Assembly (NCBI GenBank): GCA_013239625.1 | Contig: MU053934.1 | Location: 5,040,399 to 5,104,398, forward strand | DNA length: 64,000 nt | Source of the DNA: Lama guanicoe | Taxonomy: Eukaryota | Direction of reading: 5' to 3' | Shown: in pieces, positions 1 to 13,069 of the stretch | Layout of the letters: each line of letters begins with the position of its first letter | Numbering within the stretch: position 1 is the stretch's first letter | The notes under the pieces: model-generated | Database searches by the model: none | Told to the model about the DNA's origin: nothing | The model's input: the letters and a program-made list of their open reading frames with translations, nothing else | Position numbers and translations under genes: made by a program

Positions 1-1904
1 TAGAAGGTACAAAACAAACTGACTAGCTCACTGCCAAACCACCCCCTCCAGACTGTGAGTTCCCAAGGGTGAAGGCCCCAGCTCCTTCCTCTCTCTGTTC
101 CCAGCACCTAACTGCAAACAGTAGGTGCTCACTAGATGCCAATCCCAGAATGGTGAGCCAGACAGTGGACAGGGAACTCCTGCCAAATTACTTGCTCCCG
201 TGTCTCCTGTGAGAAAAACATTTAAAAAGTCAAGAGTTGGATGTTTCGTGTCCATGTCACAACTTCTGGCCCCGCAGCTGCTCCCCGCACCAGACTTAGA
301 TTTCCCACTAGAATTTGCCAGTCGATATTAAAAAGAAAGCCTCTCAACCCAGCCCATCTCTGTCTGCTTCTGTAATGCATCTAAACGTGACCCCACTTCT
401 TCCCACTAAAATAGCGACTAAGGGGCACTAAGAGTTAATCCTACGTAATTAACTCCTTCAGCACTTCAGATTTCTGCTCTGCCTCTAAGAGCTGTAATTT
501 CATCCAGTTTTAAAATTCTTCCAACCGTACATTTTGTCCTCTTCCCACGTCTAACTTATTCTCAGGCCATGTAACCCAGAAAATGATTTCTGGTAGGCAA
601 CATTGTAAGAATTAAGTTACAGCAAAGTTAAGGGTAAAACCTCACATGTTTGGGCTGAGCCCCTTGCCCAGGTTTACACGATGGGGACAAGAGATAGGGG
701 AACGGGGTGGGGGGGATGGAAAGATAAGACGAACAGGAAGCATGGCTCCGGGCCAACAACGGCAGGAGGAAACCACCTCCCCCCAAAGATTCTTCTTTGC
801 AGAAAATGAGATTTTTTTAAAAGACCTTGCCTTCTATGCACCATAAAAAGCCTATAAATTCACCTCTCTGGGAACACAATCTCAGGCAGACCGAGCAGCA
901 GGTGGTGGGGGAAAGTGGCTTGTATAGTGGGATAATCTTTCAGTTGCTGGAGGAGGTAGATGGGTGTGAACCACCATTCCTAAAATTACAGCCAATTTCA
1001 GGTCAGAGAACTAAGTGTAAAGTATGGTTCCTGCCACGATGAGCCAATTTCCAAATGGCCTCTTCTACCTCATCCCTGTACACCTTCGTATTTGACGTTT
1101 GCTACCCAAGCCAAACGTCGCCTTCCTGTGTGACGGGAGAAAGGAATTCCAAAGTCTTTAAATTCAGGGGAGAGGGCATGGAGCAAAATGCCCTTGTGTT
1201 CTTTATGTGAAGACCAGACACTGGTGCGGAGTTTCCTAACTCTTCTTTTGACCTAGATTTCCTGCCTCCCCCACCCACCACCCCCCTCAGCACACACGTA
1301 CCCACGCGTCCTTGGCGAGACCAACAGTCACATTTGATGTTAGAAACTATAAAGTTTTCTTTTCTCAGCAATTCTAGAACTCAAATATGGGACACACTTT
1401 TATTTCTTCAGAACAAATGATTGAATTCAAAACATACACATATAACACTTTAGAGAACTTATAAACCCTTCCGTGTCCTTCAGAACTGGAGTTCTCCCTC
1501 ATAAGAATATCATCTTTTACAGAATTATATTCTTGAAAAAAAAAAACGGTGCATAATCTCTGAAGGACTTCCAGATGCCAGGGCTTACTTGATCCTCGGG
1601 TCAGCTCCGTGAGGTGCTGGCTAGTTTTTATTGCCCCCATTTTGCAGATGGAAATTGACTCGTCAAAGGTCATACACTTAGTGACAGAGACAAGCTAGGA
1701 CCTAAGCCTCCTCATTCCCAAACTAAAAGTCCCCCTTCTTCCACCTCAGGTGTGACATTAGAAATAGGTCATCACTGCTTCTCAATTACTTAGCTCTCTT
1801 CAATTCTCTTCCCAAACTCTGGGACAGAGAAAAACTTGTGGTTTCAACTCCACCAATTTCAAGTGACTGCAGGATCCCAAACTCCAGCCACAACCTCTCC
1901 ATCA

Positions 1905-2640
1905 AGTCCAGACACACACCTCCAACTGCTCACAGAGTTTTCCTCCTCAGACCTCCCAGGGGCAACTTGATTCACCCACACGCGGTCTGAAGTCCAGGAG
2001 TTTTCCCTCAGACCTGCTCCTCCTCCTGTGTTTTCTATTTTAGTAAAGGTATCACCACCCAATCCGTCTCCCAAGCCAGAAATCCGGAGCCATCCCAGAA
2101 TCCCCCTTCTCCCTTAGCCCCGCCAGCCGTAACGAAATCCTGCCATTTGTGCCTCCTGATTCCTCTGGAATATGTCCTCACCTCTTCTTAGCCCAGAGCC
2201 CCTCCATCTCTTCCCCGGATGGCTACACATCTCTCTCCGACACCTCTTTCTCCCATGACTTGACCCCTCAATCCAACATCATGCTCTGAGACAGCACGCC
2301 TTTCTTCACTCTGGTTCTTACTGTGCTATTTCCCTGCTGAAAATCCTTTAATGCCTCTTCATAAATTTCGAGGTAAAAATTTAGAATTTTCAACATAGAC
2401 CACAAAACCCTGTGCCCCTGGTTTCCCTTGTCTCTGGTCCTGGGGTCACAATCTAAACTCCCGCTAGACTGAGGCGTTTCGTCCCCAGAACGTCCTCACT
2501 TCCTCGTGCCCCAGAAGAAGTTCTTTTGCCCTCAGACTTCACCTGGGTAACTCCTTTCATTACCTGGGAAGCCCAGATGGCCTTTCCTCCAGGTGATCTT
2601 TCTTATCCGTCTTCTGTTTTCCCTGTTATCATCACACTCC
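1905..2640 (+). mobile_element. L2 LINE fragment
   Basis: Pyrimidine-rich decayed L2 motifs (cctgctcctcctcctgtgt, caagccagaaa); boundaries approximate. Confidence 0.6.
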
Positions 2641-3150
2641 CATCAGTTAACCCATTTTCAGCTACAAGAAACAGAAACTAAAAATGGCTTAAACAATAAC
2701 AAAGATTTATAATTTCTCATGCAAATTCCAGTAGTCAGAGGGCTCCTGGGTGGCTCTTCAGGGGTTCCATGGCATCATCAAGATCCTTCTCATCTTTTTG
2801 CTCTACCATCTTCATTTTGAATTATTATTTGAGTCTATGCTACATACTTTAGAAAAATTCTTGGGGTCAGAGGATGCAGTGAATATTCATCTTTTAACGG
2901 TAAACGATTTTCTGAAATAACCAGAAACCACATAGAGCTAAGTCTGGAGAGTCATATGAGTAATCCAGGCAGGTGATAACATTTGAGGTCATGGTCAAGG
3001 TAAGACTATATAGTAATGAGGCAGCAATTCTGGTTTTGCCTATGATCTGGCTCTAAAAGCAAGTTTAGAAAAGGCATTCCAAATGTCTTGAGTTATGTCC
3101 AAACTGTTTGTGAAACACATGGGGTGTGAAAGCCAAGAGTTGTGTTTTCA

Positions 3151-3286
3151 TTCTTCTTTTTTTTTTAATTTTCCTTGTTGGGGATAATTAGGTTTATTTA
3201 TTTATTTAATGGAAGTACTGGGGATTGGACCCAGGGCCTCGTGCATGCTTAGCGCGTGCTCTACCGCTGAGCTATACCCTCCCCCC
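3151..3286 (-). mobile_element. tRNA-derived SINE, camelid Vic-1 type
   Basis: Reverse complement reads GGGGAGGGTATAGCTCAGCGGTAGAGC...CTGGGTCCAATCCCCAGTAC plus A-rich tail; degenerate TSD CCAAGAGT...TTTTCA. Confidence 0.85.
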
Positions 3287-3765
3287 ACCAAGAGTGAATA
3301 TTTTCAAAGCTAGCCCCTACTCGGATGTTTAAGTTTTAATTTGCTAGTTTTAAAAAAAAACTTAAGAACAAATTGAAATTGTAAAAGATTCCTAGTTGCC
3401 TGGCAGAGAGGAGAAAGTCACAGAGTAGCCGATCCTTCCTTCTCACCACCCGCCTAGATAAAGGGCCTAAGGTGCTAAGATCCAGGACACGAATCTCCAA
3501 AATAGGAGAAGGGGGGGTCAGGGAAGCCCCTGAGCACTGAGTCTGGGGGGCCACGTCAGGATGGGGTCACGTAAGTGGATGGCCCAAATGGGCAAAAAGA
3601 GCTTGGGGTCAAGAGAAGCCAAATCCCAAAGGTAGACCCGCTGCTCCGGCCCTTGAGCAGCTAAGTGGTTCCTTTGTCTTGTTTTCTTCTAAATCCCAAA
3701 GGGCACCCTGCACCCTGCAGCCCCTTTCTCCTGCTTCTTGGTGTCCTTCCTTCTCTTCAATGTAG

Positions 3766-3857
3766 ATCTTAAGTAACCAAGAGGAGTGGTTCAAGGCGGA
3801 GCTTGGGAGCCAAGAAGGATACGTGCCCAAGAATTTTATAGACATCGAGTTTCCTGA
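3766..3857 (+). CDS. GRAP2: GRAP2 (GADS) coding exon, second half of N-terminal SH3 (ILSNQEEWFKAELGSQEGYVPKNFIDIEFP-E); first coding exon lies upstream of the window
   Basis: Manual translation matches recalled GRAP2; polypyrimidine tract + tgtag acceptor, GA|gtaagt donor; 92 bp. Confidence 0.96.
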
Positions 3858-4123
3858 GTAAGTATTTCCAGCCTGCTGAGATGGGCCTACCCACACACAC
3901 TCCCCTTACTTTTTCAGCAGTCACTAAAATTACCCACGCACAGCCGAGATGCTGTCAAAAATGGTTGCCTCTGGAGAGGGAACCACGCAGCTGAAGGCCA
4001 CAGGTGGGAGGGAGACTTGCATTTCACTGCATTCTCTCCCGAATTTTATACCATGTGCAAGTATCGCTATTTTAAGTTTATAAACTAAAATTATCTATAA
4101 TCATAGCCACAGGGTTTCCAAGA

Positions 4124-4143
4124 ATTCCAGTAGGGGGCGCTGT
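4124..4143 (+). promoter_or_regulatory. CTCF motif (CCAGTAGGGGGCGC) in a GRAP2 intron
   Basis: Matches the CCASYAGRKGGCRS core at every position. Confidence 0.7.
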
Positions 4144-4599
4144 CGGCCACCCCACTTCCGCAGCTGCTCCTTCGGGGGTTCTTCTCTCTTGTCTCCCAAC
4201 CCAGACTCCGTCCCAACCAGGATAACGAACAGCCCTGGGCCTTCCTGAAACCATGCTCACGCCAGTGAAAGAAGTCGGGGAAACTCCCTTCGTAAAGAGG
4301 AAACGAAAAATTGAGATTGGGTCTCGTGCATCTCAAGAATTGACCACAAGGGTTAGATAGAAATCTAATCTTGTCTGACAGTCAGGGTCTAGCCAAAGAG
4401 CAAAGGCTTGTTGGAAAACCTTTGTTGGTGATCCTGGTGAGGCACAGCGGTACCGCTCCCAGGGCACCAGCACTGACCGCTGAGCCTGAAGGTGCCCACT
4501 GACCTCAGCGGGGCCCTTGATGCTGCCCGGTACCTTCCGGGTGACCGTGTCACACCTGCAGCCCTCCCCACCACACTCCCAGCTGATGCCTCGCTTCCA

Positions 4600-5430
4600 G
4601 CATAGTTGCAGGCCCCCAGAAAAGCCCCACTACCCCACCCCGACCTGACTCACTGCATCCACCCACATCCTGCAACCTCTGAGACTCTGCCTTTCCTGCA
4701 GCTGTTAGGAAAGAAGCATCTGTGCTTCTAGCCCAAGTTCTCCCCTCTCTCCCGCATCAACTTTCTTGCCTTCTCTGCTGGACCATTCCCGTCAGCAAGC
4801 AAAGATGCTGCAATTTCTCCCATCTTACCAAAAAAACAAAAACTAAGCCAAATAACAAAACTCTTGATCCCAAATCCCCTTCCAGCTACCCCTCCACTTC
4901 TTCAAAAGAACTGTGACATTCACTGTCTCTAACCCTCCTTCTCCCGTTCTCTCCGGAGCCCCCACGACTCCTTGGAAACCTTTTGATCAAGATCACAGTG
5001 AACCGCTGGTCCCCGTGTTCGATTGTTGGCCACCATCTCAGCACAATTTGACGTGGGGAATCTTTCCCTCCTGTGGAAACACTTTCCTCATTTGGCTTCC
5101 GGGACATCCTCCCTCCTGGTTCTCCCGCCTTCTCCTTTAGGGTTAGAATGTCCCCTCCCAGGGAGGCCCTCCCTGTCACCAGATTTTAAATTACTCCCCC
5201 CTCCCCATATCTCCTCTGTTTTCATGTTCTCCACAGCACTGACATCACCTGACACACTCTGTATTCTAATCATTTTGCTGTTTGTGGTGTGTCTCCCCAC
5301 ACCCGCTAGGATGTAAGTTGCACAAGGATTCTTATCGGTTCCGCTCATCACTGTACCCCCAGGGCCCAGAAGGGGGCCCAGCACAAAATAGATGTTTAAT
5401 AAAAGCTGTTAAATGACTGAATGAACAGCT
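4600..5430 (+). mobile_element. L2 LINE fragment(s) including the 3' end
   Basis: Ends tttaataaaagctgttaaatgactgaatgaa, a typical L2 tail; boundaries approximate. Confidence 0.6.
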
Positions 5431-6894
5431 TTGGAGTAATAAGATAATGTGAAACCCTGGCATTTCATTTCATATGTCGTGTGTGTGGACATTTTTGCAA
5501 GTCTTGAAAGACATCACTTATCAAATTCCTGTTGGAGGACAAGTGTGTGTTTTCTAAACAGTCCCCTCACTGCCTGCTGCCTGAGATATTGCCTCTGAGG
5601 ACGGCTGCTGGGGAGGGGGCACCCTTCATTTCCCCTCCCCATCACGTTTCCTACGTTTCCTGCGGTGGCCGCTTGTCAGCCATGTAGGTTTGTATGGCAA
5701 ATTCTCTGGCAGGATCTCCAGGCAGATGACATCAGAAACCCTCTGTTTCCTGCACCTCAAAGCCCAGCCACCCTTCCCCTGCAGCCCCAGGTCTGGAATA
5801 AGGACATCCCTTCCACCTTCCCTGTCTGTTCAGTTCCTAAACTCCAGACAGCACAGGGAATTGCTCACAAAGGAATCCAAAGCGTGGCCTTTGGACGTTC
5901 CCCTTAAAGGGACACCCATACTAGCCTTCCAGGGGCAGCAGTTAGGGCAGGCACCTTGCAGGAAAGGGGCGCTGCCCCACCTTTGGCCTTGGAGTGATTG
6001 CCAGCATGTGCTCTGCTTTTCTACGGTTCAGAGAGGTTTCCGGCCTCCTGCCCTGCGGTTCCAGCCACTGTTTGTCTTGCCCCCCGGGCCTTCTTCATAA
6101 GCGCCATGCTGCCTGCAGCAACGCTTCCAAAGGCTGCCACCCTGGTTGCTTCCCTGAAAGACAGTTTCTCCTCAGTTTCTTCTTTTCTACAGTAAAGAAG
6201 ATTTTCCAGCCTGGCTTTCTGGGGAGGGCCCAGAAGCAGGCTGTGTGGACATCTCTGTCTGGCTGCTGCCAGCCTCACTCATTTCCAAGTGTGCGTGCGG
6301 GCCTCCCTGGGTGTCCTGCAGCCTCTGCCTAGCACAGAGCAAAGCCGACCTGCCCCAGGCCACCCAAGGACCCTGGGCTATAACCCTCCTTCCCAGCCAC
6401 TGAGGTCTCAGCCTGGGAGCCAGTGCCCAAGGCCCTGCCCGGCTCCAGCCCAATTGCCCCAGTTCCCAAAGGGGTCCCTGCCTCCTGGCATCTTGTCTGT
6501 GCCTGCAGTTCTTTTCTGGAGATATTCCTCTCCAAGCTGCCGCAGGCTGCCGCTCCCTGCAGGGAGTCACTCCCACGCTGTCCCATTTTGGAGCAGTGGC
6601 ACATTTCCATGATTCAGGATTTCCAAGCCAGAGAGACACTTCTGTGGGGGACCAGGGGGGGAGGGGGCGCAGTACAGAGCAAGGTGGGTGCATCAAGGGG
6701 AACCCTAGCCTCGCCCGCCAACTGCTGGAGCGTTTGTTTGGTTTCAAAAGCTCCTGGCCCCTCTTTGATCTCTCTCTGCTCTCTGCTGAGCATAGTCCCC
6801 TACCTCTCTCCCTGTGGATCATCTCTCCCCGTCTTCCCCCACACCATCACTCTGGCTTCTCACCAAGATCCTCTGCTTTTATCTCACCTGCTAG

Positions 6895-7014
6895 ATGGTT
6901 TCACGAAGGCCTCTCGCGACACCAGGCAGAGAACTTGCTGATGGGCAAGGCGGTCGGTTTCTTCATCATCCGGGCCAGCCAGAGCTCCCCAGGGGACTTC
7001 TCCATATCTGTCAG
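6895..7014 (+). CDS. GRAP2: GRAP2 coding exon, SH2 first half (WFHEGLSRHQAENLLMGKAVGFFIIRASQSSPGDFSISVR)
   Basis: Within ORF 6596..7042; ctag acceptor, AG|gtactg donor; 120 bp; phase joins the previous exon (GA+A = Glu). Confidence 0.97.
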
Positions 7015-8344
7015 GTACTGGCCATTCCTGACTCCACCGTGACCCACACCGCCCTCTTGAAAAGACCTTTGACTTCAGGAACCTGGCAGCCAAGAGGCCC
7101 AAGCATCTTATCAACTGTGATGCTACCATTTCCTTCCCGTAACTCATGTACATGACTCCTTAGTTTGTGGCCCAAATTACATGTACATTCATTCCTCTGC
7201 CTCCCTCTCCAGCCCAGGTGCTTCTGGAAGGACAGGATTTTTATCTACTATCTTTGTACCTTTTACAGAGCCTTGCACCCCGTAGGTGCTAGATGAATAT
7301 CTGTGGAAGGCAAAGGAAGGGAGAAGGAAAAGAGAGTTCCTAATTGTCCACATCCATCTTGAGGTTGAGATCTTAACCTTTTCTTTTACCACTGATGTTT
7401 GTCTAAGGAAGGGTCTGAAAAAAATCAAAACCCCGAGTTCCCGCTGCAGGTCACAACTGCAGTTGTGGGTAGTTGTACAAAAAGGCCACCTCCAAGCCCT
7501 GTAAAACCACCAAACGGGCAGCAGCCGGAGGCCTGGGGTTGGGGGCTGTGACAGCAAAGTCTGGCTCCTGTGCAGCCCCGGGGAGGAAATGACTCAGTGC
7601 AGGCTTGAAACATGACACAGCCCCCACGCAGAAGCCCCAAGTCTGAACACATGGTGTGTGGTCAGCATGTTGGGGATCGCAAGTCACACATCAGACTTGG
7701 TGACCACACGTGAAAGTGCAAGAATTAAAGCCGATCGTAGTCTAGGAGGAGGCCCGACAACCTGTACAGTGAGGCCTTACTGTCAACTTACCCGACCAGA
7801 AATGCCGGTCCGCGTGATGCCATAGCATTTGAAAGACATGCAGCCTTAGTGCTTTAAATTCATAAATCCAATCTCGGGTAATCAGCTGAGTCCAGTTTGC
7901 TATTTAGAAAGAAAGGGTATCTTGAGGAATAGATAGGAAGGACTTAAAAATAATAGGTCAACCATTTGTATGCATATGTGCCCCTGCCGGGCTCAAGAAG
8001 AGCTTGGGCTCCAGAGCACTGCCTTTGCAGCCAGGCTTAAACTTCTAATTTTCCTTCACTGAAGTGTTCTTTTTCATGACTTGGGCAATAGTAAGTTTTA
8101 GCTCAGGCCAATACTGATGTATCACAAATTCTAAACTTACTAGATCTGAATTAATGAAATTTGGTTCTATTAATAAATCTTACAAGTCAAACCAATTTCT
8201 TAAGGCCACAATTAGAGGCAAGAGCCAAGCAGATTGTTAGACTGAAAGGCATCTCTTGGTGCCTTTGGTCTGCATGATGTTGATTCTGGCTTTTTCGATT
8301 AGGAATTAGGATTTATATTTCCTTCATTAAATTGAATTTCATAA

Positions 8345-8488
8345 GGGTGGAGGGTATAGCTCAGTGATAGAGCACATGCTTAGCATGCACAAGGTCCTGG
8401 GTTCAATCCCTAATACCTCCACTTAAATAAATAAATAAACCTAATTATGCCCCCCCCAAAAAAAGTTTTTTTAAGTTTTAAAAAAAAA
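8345..8488 (+). mobile_element. tRNA-derived SINE, camelid Vic-1 type
   Basis: A box TAGCTCAGTGA, B box GGTTCAATCC, (AAAT)n tail; TSD AAATTGAATT at 8329 and 8486. Confidence 0.87.
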
Positions 8489-10088
8489 TTGAATTCTACA
8501 AAAAAAAGAACAGTCTTGACTTCTGCCAGTCTTCCCCTACTGTTGAGGCAATGTAGCTTTTTGTGATGGTGATTATTACCATAAACAGAATTACATTACT
8601 TCTTCTGTAGGAATGTAGTATAATATATTCCAAAGCAAAATTATTTTTTGTTTACTTATACATCTGCTTTCTGTCATGGATGTAGATAATTAAGAGCTAA
8701 GTATAGCTCTATCATTTTTTAAAGGTTTGAAATATTTAGACTTTAGAACCTGGAGCCCTGAGTTACATCCTTTCCTCTGCCCCTCTCAGAATTTGAGACA
8801 GTGGTCCAGCCACTCTCTCTCCATCGCCCAGATGACCATCTGCAGCCCTGACATCCATCCTCGCAGCACAGGAGAGAGAAAGGGTTAATGTTTCTCATTC
8901 TGTGTTCTTTGACTAAGAGGTGGTAGATGAATAATTGTATCACAAGAATGCTTCCTCCTCCTCACCCAGATGTGAGGAGTGATGACTGAGTTGAGCCACA
9001 TGGTGTTGGAGTGAAGAAAGCTTATTTGAGTGGCCACAACCGAAAGGGGAAGAGAAGGCGATGATCACAAAGCTTTGGTGATATCCCTGAGTTGGTCAAG
9101 CAGACATCACTGTCTGGGTTCACCTGGCTGTGAGCAGAGCCCAGCACATAAGAGGAGAATGAAGATCAGAATTCCTGTCCTCTCTGAACACGGACCACTA
9201 AATCCATCCCTAAGAAAGAGGAATCTTTACTCTCAAGCATGCTTTAAATTTTTGACCTTTCTGCTGGATTGGACAACTGGTACCATTAACACAAGTTTAT
9301 ATGTAGATATAAATGTATGTTCGTTTGACCAAAAAAAAAAAAAAAAGACCTTGACATCCGAAAGAGAATGACTTTGTGGTGGAGAAAGCCTGGAGCTATT
9401 ATTAAAAGGCCAGTCCTCCCTTTCCAGTGAATACAATTCAATTTCTCCAACCCTGGTACAAACATGTCCCATCACTTGTGAGTCCAGCTGGTGTCAAGGG
9501 TGCTGATCTAAAAGAAGTTAGCATGAAAATAATTAATAATAATAATAGCAAAAAAAATAAAAGATGTTAGCATGTGTGCATGGTGTGACAGGCCCAGCTC
9601 ACTAGACTAGAAACAGAGAGCCGGGATTCTTGCCTCAGCCCTGCCACTCACTCACCGTGACCTTGACCGAGGCCCTCCACCTCTCTGAGCCTCAGCACAT
9701 TTTTTTCCCAAAAGCTCAAAATACTTTGTAACCTTACTTATGCGAAACAAGAGATCCCCATTATGTACAGAACAAAGTGTGACAAATTTCTCTGGTAGTT
9801 TACGGGCTTAAAAGAGCTGGTTCAAACTATTTCTGTTAAGAGAAAGGTAACAAGGGCATGAAAAACTCCTCCCCTCTAGTCTTGGCAGAGTCCTTAGCCT
9901 AGTAAGGTTTCAGCAGTTGCCATGTTTCAAATGAACGTTGTTAAAAAAAAAAATAGTCCTTAACCTCATAGCCTTTAAAGCATTTGGAACTTTTTTCTCT
10001 TGTAAAAGATCAGCTCCAGTGGCCGAAGAAAGATTAACTTATGTTCAAGTAAAAAAATCTCCTCTAGTGCAGCCTGTGTCCTTCCTGA

Positions 10089-10526
<438 letters not shown>

Positions 10527-10549
10527 TGATGGGCAGGTCCCTGCACATT

Positions 10550-11270
10550 CTGAAAGGCAGAATAACTCTGAAGTCAGATCACAGTCTAAATCCTAGCTTA
10601 ACACTTCCTAGCTCCATGGTTTTGGAAAGTTCTCTGAGCCTCAGTTTTCTCATCCGTAAAATCGGGATAATAGTGATATCAACTTCATAGGATGTTGTGA
10701 AGGTTAGAGAAGATGATGTGTCCCCATCCCTTATCATCCCTAATCACACTACAAGCACTTAGCACACATGGGCTCTTATTGTGGACGCTGGTATTTCGTT
10801 TTTCACAGACATTACTATCTCACAGTTTTCACTCTAGCTCAGGAGTTGCCCAAGGATGAAGGAGCTGGGTGGTGGGTGGTAACATTCAGGAATATCCTGA
10901 AGTCCAGGACTAAAGCAGCAGGTAGAGCTTTGTGACAGAAGTAGGGGTGGCAGAAGCGGGGGAGGCAGAGGGCATTGGAGGAGAAAACTGGCCGTGGAAT
11001 TCATGCTCTTGGAACAGTTGGGAGTATGAAGTATTGTTTTAATAGAAAATGCATCAGATAGACTTGGCTTGAAATCCTGATTTCATTGCTAACTATTCTT
11101 ATCACATAGCCAAGTTAAGAAAACTTTCTGAGCATCAGTTTTCTCATCCGTAGCGTGGAGAGAATATAATGCCTCTCTCACTGGGCTGTTGTGAGGATTA
11201 AATGAGATAACATGATTACAGCTCTTGCCACAGAGCCTGCCCACAGTTGGCACTAAGGAAATGTTAACTT
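10550..11270 (+). mobile_element. Two MIR SINEs in the same orientation (about 10550-10760 and 11060-11270)
   Basis: MIR core ctctgagcctcagttttctcatccgtaaaat / gttgtgaggattaaatgagataa. Confidence 0.7.
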
Positions 11271-12316
11271 ACCCCCCATAAATAAATTCACACATGCACA
11301 ATCTATAAAATATGTTTCAAAAGAAATAACACAGTTATGAGAGATGGATATTATAGAAACAGGCATTGACTAGGGTAGTTGAAATCCCAACAACAGTTTA
11401 TTTGAAAAGGCATTGAGACTTTCCAAGCAACATGTGCTTTGGGGAAGTAAAAAAAAAAAATCCCTTTCAAGTAATGGGTTGATTTTAAGCCTGAGAAGTT
11501 ATAATCAAAGGGGAAAAGGGTGTTCCCGAGTGCACACAAAAGTTCAGAAAGAAAAACAAAGGTTAACCAAGACCTTGTGAATACTTTTAACCAGGAAATG
11601 GACAGAGATACTCATTTACAGGGATGTGCACAAAGAGACAAGAGAGACAACATTAAACTGCATTAAACTGGATTAAAAGAGTTCATTTTGCAAAGTGCTT
11701 AAAACAGTGCCTGGCATACACTGAGCCCAGGGCCCTGTGTAATTGTTTGTTAAATAAAAATAACAAGAAAGTATCTCTGACTCACGAGGTTGTTCTAGCA
11801 TTCAGGAGAAAGGTCTCGCTGCTTCCCAACACGCCCAGCGGCAGGCCTGGTTTCCATGGTGCTGCAAGAGCGTTGCTGTTTGGGTCTCTTTCACCAGGCT
11901 GTAAATGACAGCTCAGAATCATGCAAAGTCAATAGCAGAGCTTATCTGGAGGGTAGGATGTCCAGTGGTGTGGCAACACGCGATAAGGAGGAGTGGCATT
12001 GTGTCAGGAAAATGGAACATGTAAGCTTGATTACACAGAGAAAAACAAGCTCACTGGGGATGGACTAGATGGGTACCATGTGGAAAGTCTGTTAACCAGA
12101 CACCCATACTCCCCAAACTGGGAGGATCTGAGAATGCTGAGGCCACTTTGAAAACCTGATGATCCAAACCGTCCATTCTCCTTAAGCTGTCCCCACCCCA
12201 TCAGCTGTTTCTTGGAGCTGTCAAGCGCTAAGTCTGGGCACAGCTGCCAGAAGGGAGGGGTAGGGCCAGCAGACGCGGGAGGAGAATGGATCTGTATCTT
12301 CTCTGTTCTCTCTCAG

Positions 12317-12505
12317 CGTCAACGGGGCAACAGCCTGGACCGGAGGTCCCAGGGAGGCCTACCCCTGAGTGGGGCTGTGGGAGAAGAGATCCGACCTTCG
12401 ATGAATCGGAAGCTGTCGGACCAGCCCCCCGCCCCTCCCTCGCAGTATCCCGCAGCCCAACTGCCGCCACAGCAGCGGTACCTGCAGCAGCAGCATTTTC
12501 ATCAG
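12317..12505 (+). CDS. GRAP2: GRAP2 coding exon, Pro/Gln-rich linker (RQRGNSLDRRSQGG...RYLQQQHFHQ)
   Basis: Within ORF 12212..12598; tctcag acceptor, CAG|gtatc donor; 189 bp, phase 0-0. Confidence 0.95.
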
Positions 12506-13069
12506 GTATCTCGCAAGAGCGAAGTTGGGCCCAGCAAACTGGGGAGGAGGGCTTGCTTTCCCCTAGGCTCAAGCCACCTTCTCCCCACTGCCACTTAGTG
12601 TGTGCAAATCCCCCACAGTGCTGGAAACAACCGAAGCAAATAACTGCTGGGGGTCGGTTGTGGCCCTGGGACTGTTGGATGAGGGAGGAACATCCCGGTC
12701 CCCGCCAAGCGCCGTCAGGTCTCACTGAGTTTATAAAGAAAAGCCTGGGTCCCCAGATGGCAGAAATATGGTAAACTGTTCTTGGCAAAGGAGTCTCTGT
12801 GAACTAAATGTCTCCCTGCTTGAACACGCACACGCACACACACACGCACAAGCACACACACTCACCCCGAGGACTCAGTGAACAATTGCTTCGTTTTCCT
12901 ATCAGTGCAATTCCAAGTCTCTTCATGCCCCTTAACCCATCTGGCTGGTGAGATCTATAAGAAAAACAGATTAACACCAGAAATGGAGGCTTGCTTATTT
13001 ATTTATTTATCCCCCGCTTTGTTCCAGATGGGATTTTAGGCGACTTACGGAGATGGACAACACAGCCAG

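Noticed and set aside
1..3765. Search for the GRAP2 start-codon exon (MEAVAKFDF...)
   Set aside because: Not found by eye; presumed to lie upstream of the window
5665..6941. Cluster of overlapping 100-210 aa ORFs in a GRAP2 intron
   Set aside because: GC-rich intron with chance open frames on both strands and no recognisable protein family
8345..8420. tRNA-like sequences here and at about 3215-3285 and 29800-29865
   Set aside because: They carry SINE tails and TSDs and lack an intact cloverleaf, so they are SINE heads and not tRNA genes
9250..9360. A16 tract preceded by ~90 bp of unique sequence as a possible retrocopy
   Set aside because: Only a 6-bp GACCTT repeat could serve as TSD and I recognise no parent RNA
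9512..9525. AGAAGTTAGCATG resemblance to U6 snRNA
   Set aside because: Match is too short, flanks do not continue, and it is better explained as a TSD
11651..11680. Short tandem repeat (CATTAAACTG)2 plus a partial copy
   Set aside because: Simple slippage duplication with no spacer structure; not CRISPR-like
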